Below are positions 1-8,911 of a stretch of DNA of 60,258 bases, in pieces. The stretch comes from Patescibacteria group bacterium (GTDB lineage: Bacteria; Patescibacteriota; Minisyncoccia; UBA6257; GWB1-50-10), in assembly GCA_023474215.1 (NCBI GenBank), contig JAMCYI010000004.1, forward strand, positions 1-60,258, read 5' to 3'. The stretch's first letter is position 1, and each line of letters begins with the position of its first letter. The notes under the pieces were generated by a model, which did not search any database, was not told the origin of the DNA, and saw nothing but the letters and a program-made list of their open reading frames with translations. The position numbers and the translations under genes were made by a program.

Positions 1-523
1 CCGGTGCCGAAGGAACCACGGTCGTCCCGGATCCGCCGGTCGTCGTTACCGTACCCATCATCGCGTTCACGGCCTTCATCGTAATGGGGCCGAAGTAACC
101 CGCTGCGGGCGAGATGCTGTTAGCTGCCTGGAATTTCGCGAGAGCGGCTTTCGTCAAAGAACCAAAGTAACCCGTCGCAGAAACCGTAAGGTATCCCTTG
201 GCATTCAAGAAGTTCTGCAATGCCGTGACATCAGCTCCCTTTGAACCGAGGGTGAGGACCTTGGTAAAGGTGTAGGAAGAGGTCGAAGGCGTTGAAGATC
301 CACCGGTCGTGGTCGGCTGGCCCGTCAACGCCGCTTGCACGTTGTTGATGGTAGCCTGATCAGCTCCGAAACTCTGCAGCAAACTCAAAATTGAGTCGAC
401 TTGCTGAGTCGAAAGACCGGCAGCTTGAGCCAAAGGAGCAAAGCTGGAACCCGCGAACCACAAAGCGGTCGCGACGACCAGCCCTACTGATATTGCTTTT
501 CGACTAAAACTATTCATTTTCAT
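1..523 (-). CDS. Secreted surface protein with peptidoglycan-binding domain (5' part, truncated by window edge)
   Basis: Manual translation from ATG at 523: MKMNSFSRKAISVGLVVATALWFAGSSFAPLAQAAGLSTQQVDSILSLLQSFGADQATINNVQAALTG...LTLGSKGADVTALQNFL...TGYFGSLTKAALAKFQAANSISPAAGYFGPIT. Signal peptide plus PG_binding_1-type motifs. Not in the ORF track because it has no stop in the window. Confidence 0.85.
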   Translation of the reverse strand, partial: MKMNSFSRKAISVGLVVATALWFAGSSFAPLAQAAGLSTQQVDSILSLLQSFGADQATINNVQAALTGQPTTTGGSSTPSTSSYTFTKVLTLGSKGADVTALQNFLNAKGYLTVSATGYFGSLTKAALAKFQAANSISPAAGYFGPITMKAVNAMMGTVTTTGGSGTTVVPSAP

Positions 524-800
524 TTTTTATTTTTTATTTGACTTTACTTACTATTTTCCCTGTCCTTTTGAGACAGAGTCGACCTTTGGTACTTGTTTTT
601 CGGAATGCCGCCCTGCGGAACCGTTCGACCTGGTCCGCCGACGACACTAGTAGCTATAAAACAGCGAATCCCCACTTGGAAGTGGGGAAACGCTAAAAGC
701 CTCTTATGCATAAATCCGCCGTGAGGCGGATTAAGCAATTCGTACTTCATAGCGCTTGGCCTCACTCCAAGCTCTAACTGATGTTTTCTATTATAACAAA
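524..800 (-). promoter_or_regulatory. Promoter (TTGAAT-N16-TATAAT with TG extension) and ~260-nt multi-hairpin 5' leader
   Basis: Minus strand ttgaat...tgttataat at about 790-817. Downstream hairpins include gcttgg/ccaagc, aatccgcc/ggcggatt and tccccact/agtgggga. Confidence 0.55.
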
Positions 801-819
801 CTACGAGAGAAATTCAAGA

Positions 820-948
820 ATTGGTGCATATCATCTACCAATCCCCGATCCCTCTACCAAGATAAAACGAAGAAATCGTGGGAATGTTACGAAAATAGAT
901 AATGGATAATAGATATTGGGCACCTGGGATTGGATATCGGCTAAAAAG
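820..948. repeat. Degenerate inverted heptamer array downstream of four-helix-bundle gene
   Basis: aatagataatggataatagatattggg...ggattggata opposed to tatcatctaccaatccccgatccctctacc. Confidence 0.55.
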
Positions 949-1311
949 CTAGGATTTATGCAGGTTTTTAGTTGTCGCTATATAGCCGTTCAATCTCACC
1001 AGGAGATTCCTGAGATCACCCACCAGATCCTCGGCTTTCTTGCCATCAACTATCCCCCTCTCTTTTAGTACATCAACCCAATGGATGGACTCAAATAAAG
1101 AACCCCTCGCATTGTAGTTAAATTTATTTCTATCGAGGTAATGAAACCGGCCAAAACCCTCTGCGACATTCGCCGCTATTGAGTCTATGGCAGTGATAAA
1201 CTGATCTCCAATTACCTTTCTCGTCCGCCAATCAAATTGCTCATAAAGCGCCCACCCTTTCCCCGAAATAATTCTTGCAAGCTTATAAACTTCTAGATCC
1301 CCCAACTCCAT
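949..1311 (-). CDS. Four helix bundle protein (IVP / 23S-intervening-sequence-protein family)
   Basis: 120 aa with family motifs DLEVYKLA, DQ...A.DSIAANVAEG.GR and ARGSL.E. Confidence 0.85.
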   Translation of the reverse strand: MELGDLEVYKLARIISGKGWALYEQFDWRTRKVIGDQFITAIDSIAANVAEGFGRFHYLDRNKFNYNARGSLFESIHWVDVLKERGIVDGKKAEDLVGDLRNLLVRLNGYIATTKNLHKS

Positions 1312-1314
1312 CTT

Positions 1315-1355
1315 ACGTCCATTATCCTCTATCTATTCTCTTCTATCCAGCATCT
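1315..1355. repeat. Degenerate heptamer array upstream of four-helix-bundle gene
   Basis: Minus strand ggataga-agagaat-agataga-ggataat-ggacgta just before the ATG; partly complementary to the downstream array. Confidence 0.5.
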
Positions 1356-1356
1356 G

Positions 1357-2109
1357 TCAGATGCGCCAGGAGACGGTGGCGAAAATGATCGATGAAATGA
1401 CGATAAAAAGGGTTATTTCCCGAAAAACAAAGGAGGAATTCAAAAACCCGCGCACATGGGCCAGCACCGTATCCCGGGATATGAGTAAAAGGAGCGACAT
1501 AAAGGCTGCCGCATTCAAGAAACCGAGAGGTAGAAAGACGACGATCGTCGCAAGCTCGGCGGAAAGAACGCCGAGGGTCATGCCGTAGAGGCGCATTTTG
1601 CGCGATTCCCACGAAGCGAAGGTTTGCCAATACTCCTTAAAGAGCCAGTAGACCACCGCAAAAGCGAAAAAGAGCCACCAAAACTCACTCCAGAATGAAT
1701 TTTCCGAAAATGAAGGTGTCCGCGAAAAAAGAACCGCAAAAAAGGAAAAGGCGACGGCGATGGAAGTCAAGCCGTACGCAAAAAACTTATTCGAAAAAAC
1801 GGCTCCCATGAGTCCCAAAAGGGCAAAGAGGATCAAGCCGTAGACCAGAAGGAGGAGACTCGGGAGCGAAAACGAGGCAAGCGCAAGGAGAAACACAATC
1901 TGAAGCAGCCAAAAAGAAAATCTGAAATCGCGGCGGGCGGCACCCGCTGTCAAGTAAACGTAGAGGAGAACGCATAAAAATCCAAAAACCGCGAAGAAAG
2001 AGAACGAAGCGAGGTAGACCAAGTAAAGCGCCGCAACCCCGAGGAGCGTTTTCTCAAGCAACCTCCACGTTGTTCGATTTATTAACGAAGATATGAACCT
2101 CTTTACCAT
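1357..2109 (-). CDS. Multi-pass membrane protein, unknown function
   Basis: 250 aa, about 8 hydrophobic segments, overlaps the clpB 3' end. Confidence 0.7.
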   Translation of the reverse strand: MVKRFISSLINRTTWRLLEKTLLGVAALYLVYLASFSFFAVFGFLCVLLYVYLTAGAARRDFRFSFWLLQIVFLLALASFSLPSLLLLVYGLILFALLGLMGAVFSNKFFAYGLTSIAVAFSFFAVLFSRTPSFSENSFWSEFWWLFFAFAVVYWLFKEYWQTFASWESRKMRLYGMTLGVLSAELATIVVFLPLGFLNAAAFMSLLLLISRDTVLAHVRGFLNSSFVFREITLFIVISSIIFATVSWRI

Positions 2110-4681
2110 CTTTCAAAAGTCCCCTGACCATTTTGTCCGCCAAAGCATCCACGATCACCTTTTGGATCAAACGCTTGATCGGCCGCGCGCCGTAGTTCGG
2201 ATCGAACCCGTGCTCAACCAAATAGCGCCGAACTTCCGGTTTGATCTTCAAGGATATTCCCCTGCCGGCAAGGCGACGCTCGACCTCGCCAATCTGGATG
2301 TCGACGATATGTTCGACATCCTTCGGCGTCAGCGATTTGAAGATGATGGTCTCGTCGAGCCGGTTCAGAAATTCCGGCTTGAAGGTTTCCCGCAAGGATT
2401 CCATCACCTTTTCCCTGAATGATTCTTCTTTCGTTTCCAACTCCTCGGCTTCGCCGATCTCAAATCCCAAACCGGACATTTCTTTGAGGTAATGGCTTCC
2501 GACATTCGATGTCAAAATAATGATCGTATTCCTGAAATTGACCGTTTTCCCCTTGCCGTCGGTCAGCCGTCCGTTATCTAAAACCTGGAGGAGGATATTA
2601 AATACCTCCGGATGCGCTTTTTCGATCTCATCGAACAAGATCAAGCTGTAAGGCCGGTGCCGGACAATCTCCGTAAGCTGGCCGCCTTCTTCATGACCGA
2701 CGTACCCCGGCGGCGAACCGATGAGGCGCGATACCGCATGGCGTTCCATATATTCCGACATATCGATCCGGACGAGCGATTTTTCGTCGTTGAACATGAA
2801 AGCCGAGAGCGCACGCGCAAGTTCCGTCTTCCCGACGCCGGTCGGACCCAAAAACATAAAGGATCCGCTCGGCCGGTCTTCATCCGCGAGGCCGACGCGC
2901 GATCTGCGGAGCGCACGCGCAACCGCATTGATTGCCTCTTCCTGTCCCACCACGCGTTTTGCGAGCTCTTCTTCGATGCGGGCGAGTTTCTTCACCTCGG
3001 ATTCGAGCATTTTTGAGACCGGTATCCCCGTCCACCGCGAAACCACGGCAGCGATATCTTCCTCATCAACCGTTTCTTTGATGAATTTGCCGGCGCTTTG
3101 CTTTGTCTTTCCCCCTTTTTCCGTTTTTTGATAATCGCGCTCTGCCTTGGGAAGTTTCCCATACCGGATCTCTGCAACTTTGTCGAAATTCCCCTCCCGC
3201 TCGGCAAGCTCCGCCTCCCTCCGCAAATCCTCGATCTGCTTCCGAAGATCATGAAGGCCGCTTGCGCCCTTTTTCTCCGTTTCCCACCGCGCGGAAAGGT
3301 GGGTGTTCTCCAATTTCAATTTTTTGAGCTCTGCATTGATCTCTTTCAAGCGCGCCGGTGTCTTTTTCGAACCGTCCTTCGCGAGAGCCGATTTCTCAAC
3401 CTCGAGGCGCATAATCTCCTTCCGCACTCCTTCGATTTCGGAGGGAATGCTGTCCGATTCCAAGCGCCGCGCGGCAGCTGCCTCATCGATCAAATCGATC
3501 GCCTTGTCCGGCAAGAATCGATCGGTGATGTAGCGAGCGCTCAAATTGACCGCCGTAATGATGGCGTCATCGGTGATCTTCAAGCCGTGGTGCATTTCGT
3601 ATTTTTCTTTGAGTCCGCGGAGGATCGAGATCGAATCTTCAATCGAGGGTTCTTCAACCATCACCGGCTGGAAGCGCCGCTCGAGCGCCGCATCTTTCTC
3701 GATGTATTTTTGATATTCCTTCAAGGTCGTCGCGCCGATCGCGTGGAGTTCGCCGCGCGCAAGAGCCGGCTTCAAAAGATTCGAAGCATCAACCGCGCCT
3801 TCCGCGGCACCGGCGCCCACGATCATATGAATCTCGTCGATGAAGAGAATAATCTTTCCTTCCGCTTTTTCGATCTCCCGGAGAAACGCTTTCAACCGGT
3901 CCTCGAACTCGCCCCGAAACTTTGTTCCGGCGACCAAGGACCCCAGATCGAGCGTCAAAACTTCTTTATTTTTCAAAGGCTCCGGAACGTCGCCTTGAAC
4001 GATCTTTTCGGCGAGGCCTTCGACGATCGCGGTCTTTCCGACGCCCGGCTCGCCGATTAAAACCGGATTGTTCTTTGTGCGGCGCGAAAGGATCTGCATC
4101 ACCCGGCGGAGTTCTTCTTCCCGCCCGATCACCGGGTCGAGCTTCCCTTGCTTCGCCTTGTTTGTGAGATTGACGGCATATTTTTCGAGGACCTGGAACT
4201 TTGATTCCGGCGTCTCGTCCGTCACCCGAACCGACCCGCGAAGATCGTGAAGCGTGCGGTGCAGCAAGTCGCGCTTCACGCCCGCCTTCATCAAAATTTC
4301 GGCCGCCGGCGAAGGGACTTCGAGAAGCGCCAAGAACAAATGTTCGCAAGAAACGAACTCGTCCTTGTAGCGGCTTGCCACTTCCCCCGCTTTGTCCAAG
4401 ATCTTGATGATCTCCTGAGAAAGATACATTTGCCCCACGCTTCCGCTTGAAGCGAAAACCTTGGGGAGCAATTCGAGCGATTTTAAAACTTCGCGCTCGA
4501 GGCCCGGCAGATCGATGTTCATTTTTTCGAGGAGCGGGCGGACGAGCGTTTGATCGTCCCCCAAAAGCGCGTAAAGAAGATGAGTGGCCCGAAGTTCGCC
4601 GTGATTGTACCGGGCAACCATGTCCTGCGCCGATTGCAGGGCTTCCTGTGCTTTGATGGTAAACCGTTGAAAATTAGGCAT
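2054..4681 (-). CDS. clpB: ATP-dependent disaggregase ClpB
   Basis: 875 aa. Clp N-domain, Walker A GEPGVGKT and GPTGVGKT, Walker B LFIDEIH and LFDEIEK, coiled-coil M-domain, GYVG pore loop. Confidence 0.95.
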   Translation of the reverse strand: MPNFQRFTIKAQEALQSAQDMVARYNHGELRATHLLYALLGDDQTLVRPLLEKMNIDLPGLEREVLKSLELLPKVFASSGSVGQMYLSQEIIKILDKAGEVASRYKDEFVSCEHLFLALLEVPSPAAEILMKAGVKRDLLHRTLHDLRGSVRVTDETPESKFQVLEKYAVNLTNKAKQGKLDPVIGREEELRRVMQILSRRTKNNPVLIGEPGVGKTAIVEGLAEKIVQGDVPEPLKNKEVLTLDLGSLVAGTKFRGEFEDRLKAFLREIEKAEGKIILFIDEIHMIVGAGAAEGAVDASNLLKPALARGELHAIGATTLKEYQKYIEKDAALERRFQPVMVEEPSIEDSISILRGLKEKYEMHHGLKITDDAIITAVNLSARYITDRFLPDKAIDLIDEAAAARRLESDSIPSEIEGVRKEIMRLEVEKSALAKDGSKKTPARLKEINAELKKLKLENTHLSARWETEKKGASGLHDLRKQIEDLRREAELAEREGNFDKVAEIRYGKLPKAERDYQKTEKGGKTKQSAGKFIKETVDEEDIAAVVSRWTGIPVSKMLESEVKKLARIEEELAKRVVGQEEAINAVARALRRSRVGLADEDRPSGSFMFLGPTGVGKTELARALSAFMFNDEKSLVRIDMSEYMERHAVSRLIGSPPGYVGHEEGGQLTEIVRHRPYSLILFDEIEKAHPEVFNILLQVLDNGRLTDGKGKTVNFRNTIIILTSNVGSHYLKEMSGLGFEIGEAEELETKEESFREKVMESLRETFKPEFLNRLDETIIFKSLTPKDVEHIVDIQIGEVERRLAGRGISLKIKPEVRRYLVEHGFDPNYGARPIKRLIQKVIVDALADKMVRGLLKDGKEVHIFVNKSNNVEVA

Positions 4682-4699
4682 ATATGTTAATTATACGTC

Positions 4700-4748
4700 A
4701 TTCTACCTCCCTTTACGAGGATTAGCAAGAGAGCGGGTTGAGCGCTAA
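4700..4748 (-). promoter_or_regulatory. CIRCE-like (HrcA) operator overlapping a sigma70 promoter of clpB
   Basis: Plus strand 4722-4748 TTAGCAAGA-N9-GAGCGCTAA versus consensus TTAGCACTC-N9-GAGTGCTAA. Minus strand TTGCTA-N17-TAGAAT. Confidence 0.7.
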
Positions 4749-4752
4749 TACG

Positions 4753-6036
4753 CTATTGGCTTAGGCTGTCGGGGCGCTTGGCAAGCGTGACGGGAATGTT
4801 CAAGGTCTGATTCCCCCGCTGAACTTTCAACGTCACCGTGTCGCCGACGTTGTACTGGTCGATGAGCGATATGAGCGTATTTGTGGCGTCCACGGTGCTC
4901 CCATTCACCTCGAGGATGATGTCCTCCGCCTTGAGCCCCGCTTTCTCGGCAGGCGAACCGGGAACGATCGCCGGTCCGTTGGTATCGCCGCGAAGGAGCG
5001 CGCCGTGATCAACCGACAGGTTTTGCGTTTTTGCCATGTCTGCCGTAATGGAAAGATACCGCACGCCGAGGTACGGCGTTTCAATGACGCCGCTCTTTTG
5101 AACCGATTCGATGTCCTTCTTTGCTTGATTGATGGGTATCGCAAAACCGATGTTCTGCGCGCCCGAAACGATCGCCGTATTGATGCCGATGACATCGCCG
5201 TTCAAATCCAAGAGCGGCCCGCCGGAGTTGCCGGGGTTGATGGCTGCGTCGGTTTGCATGACGCCTTGGATCGTTTCAGAGCCGTAGGTCGCGCCCGACG
5301 CGGTGATCGTCCGCGCAAGACCCGAGAGGACGCCAACTGAGACGGTATTGCGGAATTCTCCGAGCGCGTTTCCGATTGCAATCATCGTCTGGCCGAGTTG
5401 CAATCCGTCGGAATTGCCGAGAGTCACCGTCGGAAGTCCGGTTGCATCGATCTTAATAAGCGCCAGATCCTGCACGGGATCGCGCGCCAAAACCTTCGCG
5501 TCGTATTTTTTTCCGTTATTCAAAAGGACGGTATAGGTGGCCGATGTATCGGAAACGACATGCTTATTCGTCACGATAAGGCCGTCGGGTGAGACGATGA
5601 ATCCCGAGCCGCCGCCAACTTCTTGGAGCTTGCTGCCTTTTTGGCACGGCACGTATGTTTGGAAGTTGCCACCGAAGCCGTTGCCGAAGAACTGCTGAAA
5701 CTCCGGCGGAAGGTTAGAGAACGGGCTGAATTCCTGCGGACACTGCTCGATGATCGGCACATCCTTCGAAACGACGATCGAGACGACGGCGGGCGACGCT
5801 TTCTTTACCGCATCGATGACCGCCTGCTCGTAACTATCTGCCGACTGGTACGGCGTCGTGGTCGCCCCGGCAGAACCGGTCGAAGTCGTGGACGTCGAGG
5901 AGGGCTTACCGCTCAAAAAATCCCAAATATTGCTCAAGAAATCCGCGTGAGCGGTACCGGAACTCGCGACCGACCCGACAAAACCGCCTACGAGAGCAGC
6001 AATAATAATGTAGGATGCTACTTTTTTACTGGACAT
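4753..6036 (-). CDS. htrA: HtrA/DegP-family serine protease with PDZ domain
   Basis: GSGFIVS, VTNKHVV, DLALIKI, QTDAAINPGNSGGPL, C-terminal PDZ, N-terminal signal/TM. Confidence 0.92.
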   Translation of the reverse strand: MSSKKVASYIIIAALVGGFVGSVASSGTAHADFLSNIWDFLSGKPSSTSTTSTGSAGATTTPYQSADSYEQAVIDAVKKASPAVVSIVVSKDVPIIEQCPQEFSPFSNLPPEFQQFFGNGFGGNFQTYVPCQKGSKLQEVGGGSGFIVSPDGLIVTNKHVVSDTSATYTVLLNNGKKYDAKVLARDPVQDLALIKIDATGLPTVTLGNSDGLQLGQTMIAIGNALGEFRNTVSVGVLSGLARTITASGATYGSETIQGVMQTDAAINPGNSGGPLLDLNGDVIGINTAIVSGAQNIGFAIPINQAKKDIESVQKSGVIETPYLGVRYLSITADMAKTQNLSVDHGALLRGDTNGPAIVPGSPAEKAGLKAEDIILEVNGSTVDATNTLISLIDQYNVGDTVTLKVQRGNQTLNIPVTLAKRPDSLSQ

Positions 6037-6048
6037 ATTTACTTACTA

Positions 6049-6828
6049 TTACTTGATCTCGTACTGAAGTGTTACAGAAACGTTTACCTCGTTGGAGCCG
6101 GGTTCGATGGTCGGCGCGGGCACCGCTGCACCGCCTGCCGAACCTACCGACATCGTTCTTGCATAATCATACATCGGCTGCACGGTATTGTTGCTTGCAT
6201 TGATGGAAAGAAGGCGGCCCACCGAAAATCCCGCTTCGCTTGCGATCTCTTGTGCCTGCGCTTCGGCTTTTTGGATCGCCTGCGCCCGAGCTTCGGCTTG
6301 AACCGACGTCGGATCGTCGATCGTGAAGTTGAGCGACGAAACCGAATTTGCGCCGTTCGAGACGACGCCCGAGAGGATATCGCCGATCTTCGAGAAATCC
6401 CTGACTTTAACGGCGAGGTTTTGCGTCACCGTATATCCGACGATGGTCGGCACGCAGGGCGTTACGCTCGAGAGCGGATTCTGACAATACTGGTACCGCG
6501 GCGAAATGTTGTAACCGCTCGTCTGAATGTCTTTTTGATCGACGCCTTCGCCCTTCACAAAGCCCACGACCTTATTCATGGCAGTGGTGTTCTGCGATTG
6601 GAGCGATCCCAAATCTTTGCCGCCTTCCGTCACGACGCTCGCCGTGAATTCGGCAACGTCGGGAGCGGCAGTCGCCTTACCGCTCGCGGTAACGTAAAAG
6701 CTCCGATACGACGACGGCTGGACCGCATTGCCGTACGTACCGGCCGCCGAAAGCGCCGCATAGCCGACCGCGAGCACCGCAAGAATGATTGCGACGTATA
6801 ATACCCCCTTTGTTTTCTCTGTATTCAT
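6049..6828 (-). CDS. SIMPL domain (DUF541) protein
   Basis: N-terminal TM; V.ASG.A.A.PD.A, DIQTS.Y.I.P.Y and IEPG..EV.VSVTL.YEI patterns. Confidence 0.85.
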   Translation of the reverse strand: MNTEKTKGVLYVAIILAVLAVGYAALSAAGTYGNAVQPSSYRSFYVTASGKATAAPDVAEFTASVVTEGGKDLGSLQSQNTTAMNKVVGFVKGEGVDQKDIQTSGYNISPRYQYCQNPLSSVTPCVPTIVGYTVTQNLAVKVRDFSKIGDILSGVVSNGANSVSSLNFTIDDPTSVQAEARAQAIQKAEAQAQEIASEAGFSVGRLLSINASNNTVQPMYDYARTMSVGSAGGAAVPAPTIEPGSNEVNVSVTLQYEIK

Positions 6829-6844
6829 ATTCCTATTATAACAA

Positions 6845-6932
6845 ATTTTGAATTATAGAATTTTGAATTTCGATTGAATTCGAGAATTCATAAATTAAAT
6901 AATTCATTCGAAATTAAATCATTCGAAATTTA
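6845..6932. repeat. Inverted heptamer-repeat element, copy A1 (AATTTTG/TTCGAAA flavour)
   Basis: aattttgaatttcgattgaattcgagaattcataaattaaataattcattcgaaattaaatcattcgaaatt; nearly identical to 8830-8908. Confidence 0.8.
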
Positions 6933-8216
6933 AACTATCTTTTTGATTCTTCGGATTACCTCATCTATCTCTTTTCTCGTTGTTGTAATGCCGAAGCTGA
7001 ACCGGACGCTCCCCCGCACGCGCTCTTCGGGAAACCCCAGGGCATGGAGAACATGCGACGGCGTGAACGCCCGGGCCGAACAGGCCGAACCGGCCGAAGC
7101 CGCGATCCCCGCTTGATCGAGCTGTACCAAAAAATCGCCGGTGAATTCGCTCGGGAAATAAACGTTCAGGATATGCGGCGCATCGGCATTCCCGTTGATC
7201 TCCGCTTTTTTATACGCAGCCTTGAGCTTCTTCCAAAAATAATTTTTGGCATCCCCGACATACTTTGCGTTTTTGTTCCGCGACGCATAGGCGAGTTCCA
7301 CCGCCTTTCCGAAGCCGGCGACCGCGGGCGTGTTCTCCGTGCCAGAACGAAAACCGAACTCTTGGCCGCCACCCGTCACCTGCGGTGACAGAAATTTCGA
7401 ATTTTGAATTTCGAATTTTGAATTTACGTACAAGGCGCCGACGCCTTTCGGGCCGTACACTTTTTGGCCGGAGAGGGTCATAAGGTCGACGCCGAGTTTT
7501 TCGACATCGCAATCGAGGTACATCAACGCCTGCGCAGCGTCGGTATGAAAGAGCGGGTAGGAGGAGAAACTTGCCTCACGAAAAGACGGGGTCTCACTCG
7601 GCCAGCGACTCGTTCGCCCCTTGGCTCTCGCCCTCGCTCTCTCGCTTCGCTCGAACCCTGCCCGCTCGGACTCCGAGACACTTTTCTTAGAGACAAGTTT
7701 CTCCTCCTTAAATTTTTCTATGACGCTTGAGATTTTTTTAATTGGCTGGATGGTACCGATTTCGTTGTTCACATACATCACGGAGACGAGGATGGTTCGT
7801 TCATCGAGCGCTTCTTCCAATTTTTTGAGATCGACGACCCCCTTTTTGTCGACTGGGAGGACGACGACCTCGACGCCGTCACGTTCAAGCTCATGGGCGG
7901 TATCGAGAACCGATTCGTGTTCGATAGCCGAAACGATTACCTTGGGGGTTGGTCCTCCGTACCCTCGCACGATCCCGCGGAGCGCTAGGTTATTCGCTTC
8001 CGTTGCGGACCCGGTAAAAATGACTTCGCGGAATTCGGCGCCGATCGAGCGGGCAAACACCTCGCGAGCGGCATCCACGGCGGCCATCGCTTCTTGGCCG
8101 AATGAGTGGAGCGAACCCGGGTTGCCGTATTTCTCGGAAAAATACGGCAGCATTGTTTTTAAAGCCTCCGGACGGACTGGAGTTGATGCCGCATAATCTA
8201 AATAAATCTTTTTCAT
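6930..8216 (-). CDS. iscS: Cysteine desulfurase (IscS/NifS-type) carrying two repeat-derived in-frame insertions
   Basis: YLDYAAST, GNPGSLH, FTGSATEANN, HTDAAQ, SGQKVYGPKGVG, RSGTEN, AGSAC. Start placed at MKKIY (8216); the track starts at 8231. Confidence 0.9.
   Translation of the reverse strand: MKKIYLDYAASTPVRPEALKTMLPYFSEKYGNPGSLHSFGQEAMAAVDAAREVFARSIGAEFREVIFTGSATEANNLALRGIVRGYGGPTPKVIVSAIEHESVLDTAHELERDGVEVVVLPVDKKGVVDLKKLEEALDERTILVSVMYVNNEIGTIQPIKKISSVIEKFKEEKLVSKKSVSESERAGFERSERARARAKGRTSRWPSETPSFREASFSSYPLFHTDAAQALMYLDCDVEKLGVDLMTLSGQKVYGPKGVGALYVNSKFEIQNSKFLSPQVTGGGQEFGFRSGTENTPAVAGFGKAVELAYASRNKNAKYVGDAKNYFWKKLKAAYKKAEINGNADAPHILNVYFPSEFTGDFLVQLDQAGIAASAGSACSARAFTPSHVLHALGFPEERVRGSVRFSFGITTTRKEIDEVIRRIKKIV
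7391..7425. repeat. Heptamer-repeat tract in frame within iscS
   Basis: gaaatttcgaattttgaatttcgaattttgaattt encodes NSKFEIQNSKF. Confidence 0.75.
7559..7708. mobile_element. Palindromic miniature element inserted in frame in iscS (150 bp)
   Basis: Perfect 15-bp inverted ends aggaggagaaacttg / caagtttctcctcct. Core ctcgccctcgctc...gcccgctcggactccgagac is shared with 20089, 34208 and 42156. Confidence 0.75.
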
Positions 8217-8228
8217 GGTTTCAAGTAT

Positions 8229-8362
8229 CAAACAAAAACCTAAATCCTAAGCACTAAATTCTAAACAATATCCAAATCCAAAATCATAATGACCGAAACG
8301 TGTTTGGTATTTGGCGCTTTGAGCTTTATTTAGGATTTAGGATTTGGAATTTAGGATTTCGT
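8229..8362. repeat. Inverted heptamer-repeat element (CTAAATC/GATTTAG flavour)
   Basis: cctaaatcctaagcactaaattctaaac ... tttaggatttaggatttggaatttaggatt, between the mgtC-family stop and iscS. Confidence 0.8.
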
Positions 8363-8363
8363 C

Positions 8364-8816
8364 TTATTCTGGGATTTCCTTCACGCCGATCTTGCGGGTA
8401 ATGAACAAGACGAGAGCCAAGCCGATCGCGCTTAAAAACGCGAACGAGAAAAGTCCGATGCCGCACAAGATGCCCAAGCTCGCAACGACCCACACCGTTG
8501 CCGCGGTCGTCAAACTCCGCACCTTATTCCCTTCATGAAGAATGACGCCGGCGCCCAAGAAACCGACGCCGACGACGATGTTCCCGACAACCGTAAGGAA
8601 TCCGCTGTTCCGCGCGATGACATCTGCGAGATTGCCGACTTGAACGACATACGGCAGCGTGATGCCGACCATCGTGAAGATGGCCGCACCCGCCGCAACC
8701 ATGAGATCAGTCCGAATACCCGCTTCTTTGCCCATAAGTTCCCGCTCGAGGCCGATGATCGCGCCGACCACGACCGCGGCACCCAGGCGAAGAAGCATGT
8801 CTTGAAGAGTTAACAT
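8364..8816 (-). CDS. MgtC/SapB family membrane protein
   Basis: LLRLGAAVVVGAIIGLERE...AGIRT...; GVGFLGAGVI; SLTTAATVW. Confidence 0.9.
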   Translation of the reverse strand: MLTLQDMLLRLGAAVVVGAIIGLERELMGKEAGIRTDLMVAAGAAIFTMVGITLPYVVQVGNLADVIARNSGFLTVVGNIVVGVGFLGAGVILHEGNKVRSLTTAATVWVVASLGILCGIGLFSFAFLSAIGLALVLFITRKIGVKEIPE

Positions 8817-8829
8817 GAGTTAATTATAC

Positions 8830-8908
8830 AATTTTGAATTTTGAATTTCGATTGAATTCGAGAATTCGTGAATTAAGTAATTTACTCGAAATTAAATCAT
8901 TCGAAATT
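8830..8908. repeat. Inverted heptamer-repeat element, copy A2
   Basis: aattttgaattttgaatttcgattgaattcgagaattcgtgaattaagtaatttactcgaaattaaatcattcgaaatt; near-duplicate of 6845-6932. Confidence 0.8.
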
Positions 8909-8911
8909 CTC

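Noticed and set aside
544-765. 73-aa ORF upstream of the surface gene
   Set aside because: It overlaps the hairpin-rich leader, has no protein-like features and is better explained as UTR.
949-1311. Diversity-generating retroelement suggested by the Avd-like four-helix bundle next to a surface gene
   Set aside because: No reverse transcriptase and no TR/VR pair differing at adenines are visible in the window.
3098-6801. Long antisense ORFs (for example 3098-4060, 5623-6801, 16981-18693, 34292-35464, 40143-41156)
   Set aside because: Shadows of GC-rich, well-identified genes on the opposite strand or frame, without motifs.
6845-8908. CRISPR array interpretation of the AT-rich repeats
   Set aside because: Units are 7-mers in inverted arrays with no 25-40 bp repeat/unique spacer alternation, and there are no cas genes.
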